Assembly (NCBI GenBank): GCA_963776545.1
Contig: CAVZND010000001.1
Span: 278,345 to 342,344, forward strand
Origin: an uncultured Chloroflexia bacterium
GTDB lineage: Bacteria; Chloroflexota; Limnocylindria; Limnocylindrales; CSP1-4
Direction: 5' to 3'
DNA: 64,000 nucleotides
Part shown: piece by piece, positions 56,714-64,000 of the stretch
Position numbering within the stretch: the first letter of the stretch is position 1
Layout: the number at the start of each line of letters is the position of its first letter
Translations under genes and position numbers: made by a program
Notes under the pieces: generated by a model
The model's database searches: none
Told to the model about the DNA's origin: nothing
The model's input: only the letters and a program-made list of their open reading frames with translations

Positions 56714-59389
56714 TCAGCGGAAGACCACGAAGCCGTCGATGTCGACCCGTCCGTCACCGACCGGCTGGATCTCGAGGACGTGCGGGCCGAGCGTCGCGAA
56801 GTGGCGGGCGAAGACGAGCTTCCGATACGTCGTCTTCGCCCGGTCGAGATCGATCGTCGCGACCAGCGCGCCGTCGAGATAGATCCGGGCCTTGCCACTC
56901 TTCGTGGTCCTCGTGGCGATCCAGCCCACGTCGTAGGCCGTGAAGGCGAACCTCGCCCGCTTGGCGCTCGACGTCGCGTGTCGGGTGGCGCCGCCGAGGG
57001 CCTTGAGCGTCTTGGTCTTGGCCCATGCGCCGACGTAGGTGACCTTGGTGCTCGCCTCGGAGGAGCGGACCGGCGTGAGCAGCGGTCCTTTCACGTAGGC
57101 GCTGGTGTTGCCTTCTCCGTCCGTGGCCCGGACCCGGAAGCGGTATCTGTGGCCGGTCTTGAGTGCCGACACGATCGTCCGCGTCGTCGCCTTCGGGAGC
57201 CTGATCGTCTTCCACGCCTTGCCGTCGACGCTGACCTGGACCTTGTACCGCTTGATTCCTGAGCCCGGATCGGTCGCGCCCCATGTCACCCGGGACTTCG
57301 TCGTCGAGCCGCCGACCGTCTGGCCGGGGACTCGGGCCAACGGCGCCACGACGACCGGTGGTGCGCTGTCGTGGACGACGGTGACCAGGACGGTCGCCAA
57401 ATCGGAGGCGAGGCCGTCGCTGATCGTGTACGTGAACGTGTCGATGCCGTCGAAGCTGTTGACCGGGTTGTAGGTCAGCCCGGTGCCGCCACCGGTGATG
57501 ACGACCGTGCCGTGGTCGCCGTCGGTCTTCGAGGTGATGGTCAGGGTGTTGCCGTCGAGGTCCTGGTCGTTGGCCAGGACCGTCAGGGGCGTCGGACCGG
57601 CGCCCTGCGGGACGGACCTGGCGTCATTGACGGCACTCGGGGCGTGATTGCCCGACGTGATGGTCACGCTGACGGTGCCGACCGCCGTACCGCCATGGCC
57701 GTCAGCGACCGTGTACGTGAACGAGTCGGGACCGAAGAGGCCGGGGAACGGCTTGTACGTCAGGCTCGTGTTGCCGGCGCCGATCTGGACCGCACCCTTG
57801 CCCGGGGCGGTGTTGCCGGTGATCGTCAGCGTGTCGCCATCGACATCGGTGTCATTGGTCAGGACGGGTACCGGGACCGCCGCGGCGCCGGCCGGGATGC
57901 TCAACGAGTCCGCGCCGGCGACCGGGAGGTCGTTCGATGGCGTGATGGTGATGTTCACGGAGGCGACGGACCCGCCGTTGAGGGTGTAGGTGATGGTGTC
58001 AGCGCCGGTTGCGTTCGCCGCCGGCATGTAGGTCAGGCTCGTGCCACCGCCGACGATGGCGACGGCCCCCTTCGATCCGTTCGTCGCGACCACGATCGAC
58101 TTGGGCCCGCCGTCGATATCCGTGTCGTTGGATCGAACATCCAGCGCCACAGGTCCGACCGGATCCTCGCCGAACGTGAAGGTGTCGGCCCCGGCCACCG
58201 GTGGGTCGTCGACCGGCGTGATGTGGACCGTTACGGTGGCCGTCGATCCGCCGTTCAGCGCGTAGTCGAACTCGTCGTCGCCATTGGCGTTTGCCGTTGG
58301 GATGTAGCGGACATCGGTGCCGCCAGGCGCGAGGCTGGCCGTGCCCTTCGGGGGATCTGTCACCGAGACCACGGTCATCGGACCGTCGTCGATGTCGGTG
58401 TCGTTGTCGCGGACGTCGAAGGTCTGGAGGGTCGCGTCCTCGAGGATCGTGAATTCGTCCGGCTTGGCCACTGGTGGATCGTCGGCGGCTCCCACCGTCA
58501 CCGTCACCGTGGCCGTTGACCCGCCGTTGAGTTCGTACGTGAACGTGTCGTCGCCGACGTAATCGGGATCAGGGTCGTACGTGACGCCGGCACCGCCAAC
58601 GTTGATGGTGACGTCGCCGTGGAACGCGCCCTGCGTGTCTTGGACGACCTTGGGCCCGCCGTCGACGTCGGTGTCGTTGGCGGTGACGTTGATCGAACTC
58701 GGGACGTCCTCGGTCACGCTCGCATGGTCGGCAACGGCATGCGGCAGATCGTCTACGGCCGTGATCGTGACGTCCACGGTCGCCGTGTCCTGTTTGAACC
58801 CGTCGGAGATCGTGTACGTGAAGCTATCCGACCCGGTGGCGTTGAGGTTTGGGTCGAACTGGACATCGGCGCCATCGTGGGTGATCGCGACAGAGCCCTT
58901 CGAGCCGTCATTGACGTCGACGACTACGAGGTTGTCCCCTTCCGGATCGTCGTCGTTACCGAGGACATCGATCGTGGTGGTCGTGTCCTCGGTGACCGCC
59001 TTTGTATCGTCATTCGCGTCGGGCGGGTCGTTGACGGACGTGACGGTCACGACGACGGTCGCGGTGTCCTCGCCGGTCTCGTCGGAGACCGTGTAGTCGA
59101 ATGTGTCGGTACCGTTGTAGTCCGGGTCCGGCTCGTAGGTGAGCGACGAACCGCCGTCGGCAACGGAGACCGTGCCGTGATCGGGATTCGTGGCGCCGAT
59201 GATCGTCAGAGTATCGCCGTCGTCGTCGTTGTCGTTGCCGAGGACGTCGATCTGAGTCGCCGGGTCATCCTCAGCGACGGTCGCCGAGTCGTCCTGCGCG
59301 TCAGGTGTGGCGGCGAGCGCGCTGCCCGGCATCGCGAGGGCGAGCATCAGCCCGAGAGCGATGGCACGCGAGAGGCGGTGCGTGGTCAT
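56714..59389 (-). CDS. Secreted Ig-like tandem-repeat protein (tandem-95/Big_9/cadherin-like) with a C-terminal FN3-like domain
   Basis: Signal peptide ending SALA; about 7 repeats of P.A.DD...ED.....DVL.ND.D.DG...G.D.F.Y; YRFRVRATD..GN. Confidence 0.85.
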   Translation of the reverse strand: MTTHRLSRAIALGLMLALAMPGSALAATPDAQDDSATVAEDDPATQIDVLGNDNDDDGDTLTIIGATNPDHGTVSVADGGSSLTYEPDPDYNGTDTFDYTVSDETGEDTATVVVTVTSVNDPPDANDDTKAVTEDTTTTIDVLGNDDDPEGDNLVVVDVNDGSKGSVAITHDGADVQFDPNLNATGSDSFTYTISDGFKQDTATVDVTITAVDDLPHAVADHASVTEDVPSSINVTANDTDVDGGPKVVQDTQGAFHGDVTINVGGAGVTYDPDPDYVGDDTFTYELNGGSTATVTVTVGAADDPPVAKPDEFTILEDATLQTFDVRDNDTDIDDGPMTVVSVTDPPKGTASLAPGGTDVRYIPTANANGDDEFDYALNGGSTATVTVHITPVDDPPVAGADTFTFGEDPVGPVALDVRSNDTDIDGGPKSIVVATNGSKGAVAIVGGGTSLTYMPAANATGADTITYTLNGGSVASVNITITPSNDLPVAGADSLSIPAGAAAVPVPVLTNDTDVDGDTLTITGNTAPGKGAVQIGAGNTSLTYKPFPGLFGPDSFTYTVADGHGGTAVGTVSVTITSGNHAPSAVNDARSVPQGAGPTPLTVLANDQDLDGNTLTITSKTDGDHGTVVITGGGTGLTYNPVNSFDGIDTFTYTISDGLASDLATVLVTVVHDSAPPVVVAPLARVPGQTVGGSTTKSRVTWGATDPGSGIKRYKVQVSVDGKAWKTIRLPKATTRTIVSALKTGHRYRFRVRATDGEGNTSAYVKGPLLTPVRSSEASTKVTYVGAWAKTKTLKALGGATRHATSSAKRARFAFTAYDVGWIATRTTKSGKARIYLDGALVATIDLDRAKTTYRKLVFARHFATLGPHVLEIQPVGDGRVDIDGFVVFR

Positions 59390-59449
59390 CAAACGGTCGA
59401 TCGCGGGGCTCCCCGAGTCTTCTTCCCCGAACCCGGGACCTAGTTCGAG

Positions 59450-61165
59450 TCAGGGGACGCTGTAAGGGCGGCTATCCGTATTTGATCCTGATGCGTTCGT
59501 GACCGTCAGGGTCACGAGGTAGCTCACGGGTGTCTGATACGTGTGCGAGGCCTGAGCGCCGGTCTGCGTCGGCCCCTCGCCGAAGTCCCACACGTACGTA
59601 TCTGCGAATCGCGAGTCGGACCCATCGCAGTGCAGCGTCAGCCCATCGGCGACACAGTCGAAGATGGCGACAGGCCGATGGATCGGCTTCGGCGTTGGCT
59701 TGGCGGTCGGCTTGGCCGTGGGCTTCGGGGTAGGCGGCACTGCGCGCGGCGTCGCCACGGGCCGCGGCGTGACCGAGGCGGTCTTCACCTGTTCGGACGC
59801 GGCCGCCGTCGGCGAGGGCGATGACGACGCCGTCGGCGAGGGCGAGGCGACAGGAGCCACCGATGCAGGCACCACGGTCGGTGTGGCGGGCGGCGCGGGC
59901 GCAGCGGTCTCCTGAGGGACCACGCTCGCGTCGTTCGTGGGCTGTGGGGTCCCGGTCGCCGTCAGGACGCCGCCCTGTGATGGCAGATTCGGCACGATGA
60001 CCGCGACGGCGAGTGCCAGGGACGTGGCGCCGACGAGCGCCGCCAGTCCGATCGCGGCCCGTCGGCGCCGACGACTGCGGCGCTCCGGCCATGCCTCGGT
60101 CTCGACGGTCGGCAGGACGGGGACGACGACCTCCTGGCCTCCGGCGACCTCGATGACGGACGGCCGCTCAGGACGCTGCGCCCCTGGGATGCCGATCCGG
60201 TAGGCGAGTTCGTCCTCGATGCCGTCCGGCTCGGGCGCTCGGACGATCGCGCGCGCGACGGGCGCGTAGCCGGCCACCATGGCCGCCGTGGCCTTGGCGG
60301 CTGGCGCTGCGGCGGGCATGGAAATGAGGTTGCCGTTCTCGGGCGCCAGGTCGGCCTCGGCGACCGGGTAGGTCCCGGGCAGGAACAGCGGCACCGGTCC
60401 AGCAACGGCGGGTTCGGGCTCGGGCTCGGGCGCTGCCGCGGCCGCGGCGATGTCCGGCACCGGCTCCGCGTCGGAGCCGGCGCCGGCGCCGGCCTCAGGT
60501 TCGGCCTCCGCGGCCGGGCGCGTCTCGACGAGCTCGTCGGCCAACGGCTCCGGCGTGGCCGCCGCGACCGCCGGCGTGACCCAAGCGAACTCCGGCGCGG
60601 TCGGTCTCGACCTGTGGGCATGCGCCGTCGGTTCGGGCTCGGCCATCACGGGCACCGGCTCGGGCTCCGGCTCGACTACCTCGGGCTCGGGCGTCACCTC
60701 GACCAACTCAGGTTCGACGAGCTCGGGTTCCACGTCGACCAGCTCGGGCTCCGGCTCGACTTCCGTCGGTTCCGGGGCGGCCACGACGGCCTCGGGCACG
60801 GCATCAGGCGCCGCCACGGCCGCGTCGATCGCCTCGGGCACGAGCGGCACGGGCTCCGGCAGGACGACGGCCGGCTCCGCCATGACCGGGACGGGGTCCT
60901 TGACGACGGACGCGCCGAGCGTCGCGTATGCCGAGCGTGACCCGATCGCCGGGGCCTGGAGCTCGAACGCCCGGATCGAGCCGTCCGCGGCCGTCGGACC
61001 AGGGACCGCGCGCGCGAGGCGCTCGGGTTCGATCCGGCGGGAACGGTATTGCGCCATCAGCGACGGGGCGCGACGGCGCTCCAGGACAGCCCGAAGCATG
61101 CCCACGATCACGGCGCCGACGGCGACGACGATCGTCCCCCCGAGGAGCAGGATTTCCAGGCTCAA
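59450..61165 (-). CDS. Two-TM Pro/Glu-rich membrane protein with a C-terminal PKD domain
   Basis: N-terminal TM, EPEP-rich region, RRSRRRRR + TM, S/T/P-rich linker, YVWDFGEG...HTY....Y.VTLTVTN. Confidence 0.75.
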   Translation of the reverse strand: MSLEILLLGGTIVVAVGAVIVGMLRAVLERRRAPSLMAQYRSRRIEPERLARAVPGPTAADGSIRAFELQAPAIGSRSAYATLGASVVKDPVPVMAEPAVVLPEPVPLVPEAIDAAVAAPDAVPEAVVAAPEPTEVEPEPELVDVEPELVEPELVEVTPEPEVVEPEPEPVPVMAEPEPTAHAHRSRPTAPEFAWVTPAVAAATPEPLADELVETRPAAEAEPEAGAGAGSDAEPVPDIAAAAAAPEPEPEPAVAGPVPLFLPGTYPVAEADLAPENGNLISMPAAAPAAKATAAMVAGYAPVARAIVRAPEPDGIEDELAYRIGIPGAQRPERPSVIEVAGGQEVVVPVLPTVETEAWPERRSRRRRRAAIGLAALVGATSLALAVAVIVPNLPSQGGVLTATGTPQPTNDASVVPQETAAPAPPATPTVVPASVAPVASPSPTASSSPSPTAAASEQVKTASVTPRPVATPRAVPPTPKPTAKPTAKPTPKPIHRPVAIFDCVADGLTLHCDGSDSRFADTYVWDFGEGPTQTGAQASHTYQTPVSYLVTLTVTNASGSNTDSRPYSVP

Positions 61166-61317
61166 ATGGACCTCAGGATCGAATCCCAGTCATGCCCCGC
61201 TGGGATGAGTACTGGTCGATGCTAGCACCGCCCCGTATAGGCGCCCACCGCCACACTTCGCACCGCACTGCACCCGACCGACAAGGACTGTTGGCAGGCG
61301 GCAACAGTACGAAGGTC

Positions 61318-62472
61318 CTACCCGGTTTCAGGGCCGTCGACGGGCGCCGAAGCGGCCCCCGAGGCCTTCGGTGGGTCGTCCTCGTAGGACTCCGCCTCGA
61401 GCTCCTCCGGTCGGCGCAGCGCGCCGCGCGTCGGGATGAAGAGCACGAGTCCGGACGCGAGGAAGACGCCAAGGAACGCGTACAGCTGGGTGACCCCGGA
61501 CAGTGCCAGCGCGAGGAGCGCCAGCACGAGGCACAGGCCGTAGATGGCGAACACGGTCTGGCGGTGCGACAGGCCCAGGTCCAGCATCCGGTGGTGGATG
61601 TGCCCGCGGTCCGGGCTGAACGGGGAGCGTCCCTGCGAGACCCGGCGGACGATGATCCAGAAGGTGTCGATGATCGGGACGCCGAGGACGAGCAGGGCGA
61701 CGGCGACCTTGGCGGTGCCGAGGATCGCGAGCAGGGCGAGCGTGTACCCGACGAACTGGACGCCGCTCGTGCCCGGGAAGATCGAAGCCGGGTGCAGGTT
61801 CCAGCGCAGGAACCCGAACAGTGACCCCGCGAGGATGAAGCACAGGACCGCGATGAGCGGCTGGCTGACCTCGGTCGTGAGACTGATGAGCCCCAGCGTC
61901 ACCGCGGCGATGAGGGCGATGCCGGATGACAGGCCATCAAGCCCGTCGATGAAGTTGATGCTGTTGATCATCCCGACGATCCAGAAGACCGTCAGGCCGA
62001 CCGCGAACGGACCCGTGAACCGGATGACGCCGTTGCTCAACGGGTTCGCGATGAAGCCGATGTTGATCCCGAGCGCGACCGCGAAGAGCGCCAGGCCGAT
62101 CTGGCCGGCGAGCTGCCAACGAGCGCGCAGGTCCAGCAAGTCGTCGAGGCCGCCAATGGCGGCGGCCAGCGCGCCACCGATGAGCAGCGCCGCGAACTGG
62201 CTCGCCTGGAGCGGGACGAAGAGCTGCAGGGTCTCGGCGTTGATCTGGAGGAAGACCACGACCGTCACCAGGAAGGCGGTCGCGACCGCGATGCCGCCCC
62301 CTCGCGGGATCGGCGAGGTGTTGACCCGCCGAGCCTCCGGTCGATCCACCACCTTGTAGCGGACGACGACCCGCCGCACAAGCGGGGTCAGGAGGAGCGC
62401 CAGCAGTCCCGCCGTCGCGAACGCCAGCGCGATCGGGCCGATCGCGTCGCCGAGCGTCGGGATGAAGGTCAT
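61318..62472 (-). CDS. WecA/TagO-type undecaprenyl-phosphate GlcNAc-1-phosphate transferase (MraY-like family)
   Basis: [41 protein letters not shown]; ATG 62472. Confidence 0.9.
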   Translation of the reverse strand: MTFIPTLGDAIGPIALAFATAGLLALLLTPLVRRVVVRYKVVDRPEARRVNTSPIPRGGGIAVATAFLVTVVVFLQINAETLQLFVPLQASQFAALLIGGALAAAIGGLDDLLDLRARWQLAGQIGLALFAVALGINIGFIANPLSNGVIRFTGPFAVGLTVFWIVGMINSINFIDGLDGLSSGIALIAAVTLGLISLTTEVSQPLIAVLCFILAGSLFGFLRWNLHPASIFPGTSGVQFVGYTLALLAILGTAKVAVALLVLGVPIIDTFWIIVRRVSQGRSPFSPDRGHIHHRMLDLGLSHRQTVFAIYGLCLVLALLALALSGVTQLYAFLGVFLASGLVLFIPTRGALRRPEELEAESYEDDPPKASGAASAPVDGPETG

Positions 62473-62533
62473 CGCGACGGGCGTCTCAAGACCGGCGCGC
62501 TCGGACTCGCGAGGTCGACGGCGGGGTCGGACC

Positions 62534-63863
62534 TCACGCCGCAGGCAGGCCCGGGACCGGGAAGCGCGCGACGATCTCGCGCACCTCCCCGGCGAGACGA
62601 GCCTGGGCGCCCTCGTCCGCACGCTGGCGGATGGCGTCGATGATGATCCGGCCGATGGTCCGCATCTCGTCGGGGCCGAAGCCGCGCGAGGTGGCCGCCG
62701 GGGTCCCGATCCGGATGCCCGAGGCCGTGTTGGGCGGGAGCTCGTCGAACGGGATCGCGTTCTTGTTGACCGTGATGCCGATCTCGTCGAGCAGGTGCTC
62801 GGCTTCCTTGCCGGTCACGCCGAGCGGCGTGACATCGACCAGGAGCAGGTGGTTGTCGGTGCCGCCGGACACGACCCGTGCGCCCAGGCCGGCCAGCGTC
62901 TCGGCCATGACCTTCGCGTTCTCGATCGTGCGGAGCTGATCCGAACGGAACGGCTCCTCGGCGGCGAGCTTGAACGCGATGGCCTTGCCGGCGATGACCT
63001 GCATGAGCGGTCCGCCCTGCACCCCTGGGAAGACCGTCCGGTCGATGGTCGCGGCGAGCGTGCCCTTGACGTTCGGGAACGTCGCTGCGTCCAGCCACGA
63101 CGGCAGCTCGGTCCGGCTGAAGATCATCCCGCCCCTGGGTCCGCGTAACGTCTTGTGCGTGGTCGTCGTGACGATGTCGGCCAACGGGAACGGGCTCGGA
63201 TGCGCGTCCGCGGCGACCAGGCCCGCGATGTGGGCCATGTCGATGAACAGGACGGCACCGACGCTGCGGGCGATGTCGGCCATCCGCTCGAAGTCCCACA
63301 GGCGCGGGTACGCGCTCGCCCCGCCCACGATGAGCTTCGGCCGGATCTCCTTCGCCTGGACCTCCATCGCGTCGTAGTCGATGCGCTCGGTGTCCTTGCG
63401 GACGCCGTACGGATGGACCTCGTACAGCCGCCCGGAGAAGTTGAGCGCCATCCCGTGCGTCAGGTGGCCGCCGTGGGCGAGGTTCATGCCCATGATCCGG
63501 TCGCCCGGCTGGAGCACGCTGAAGTACGCCACCATGTTGGCCTGGGCCCCGGAGTGCGGCTGGACGTTGACGTGCTCGGACCCGGGGAAGAGCGCCAGGG
63601 CTTCGTTCCTGGGCGAGCCGCTCGGCGATGTCGACGTACTCGCAGCCACCGTAGTAGCGCTTGCCGGGCAGGCCCTCGGCGTACTTGTTCGTGAGCCAGC
63701 TGCCCTGGGCCTCCATGACGGCGGCCGACACGTAGTTCTCGCTGGCGATGAGCTCGATCTTGTCGTGCTGGCGGCGGCGCTCGCCGAGCATCGCCTCCCA
63801 CAGGACGGGGTCGACGTCTGCGATCGACTCAAGCGCGACGCCCCTGGCTGGGGAGATGGTCAT
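62534..63863 (-). pseudogene. glyA: Serine hydroxymethyltransferase with a +1 frameshift near 63602 (sequencing error or pseudogene)
   Basis: LIASENY, NKYAEG, RYYGGC in one frame; [26 protein letters not shown] in another; one extra A in CGA-A-GCC. Confidence 0.9.
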
Positions 63864-64000
63864 GGCTCGCCGACTCCTTCCTGCCGGTCCCGTGATCCGA
63901 CCGACACGCCGCGGGCTATCTTCCCACGAACCGCCCGGGCCACGACCGTCGGACGTGGCGGATGACCGGAGTCAGCCTGGCGAAAGGTCGTGGGCGACCC

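Noticed and set aside
63595-63612. Programmed ribosomal frameshift in glyA
   Set aside because: There is no slippery heptamer or long homopolymer, and I know of no precedent for glyA.

Overview
Very GC-rich bacterial chromosome segment. Gene content and style suggest a monoderm, probably Chloroflexota (inference only). It has three blocks. (1) 1-27.7 kb is a cell-envelope glycosylation island: 11 polytopic GT-C-type membrane proteins (GT87/DUF2029-like and GT39/ArnT-like), two polyprenol-phosphate sugar synthases (GT2), a GT4, a nucleotide-sugar dehydrogenase and epimerase, a GNAT, a membrane-fused spermidine-synthase-like protein, four paralogous alkaline-phosphatase-superfamily membrane transferases and a YIDPGSGS micro-protein. 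(2) 27.7-44.6 kb holds a cytoplasmic DegS/DegU-like system, four Flp pilin genes (three with their own promoter and terminator), cpaB-cpaE-cpaF-tadB-tadC-DUF192, an inserted HTH-PD-(D/E)XK gene, comF, hpf, ArsR-DUF2087, nfo, another GT-C and an XRE regulator. The DegS/DegU-like system consists of a kinase, a response regulator carrying a Cle-like putative c-di-GMP motif, and a kinase lacking its ATP-binding boxes. (3) 44.9-64 kb is minus-strand housekeeping: glyA (frameshifted), a WecA/TagO-type transferase, two surface proteins, the atp operon, murA (Cys-to-Asp), mreB, a PHP protein and a UPF0104 flippase-like protein. Three ~150-nt intergenic inserts in this block each carry a mini-ORF bridging its neighbours (MIRU-like). 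The best candidates for an undescribed system are the putative c-di-GMP/phosphorelay-controlled multi-pilin Tad locus next to the GT-C island, and the gene-bridging repeat elements. No rRNA, tRNA, CRISPR array or transposase was seen. All product calls come from motif recognition by eye, not database searches.
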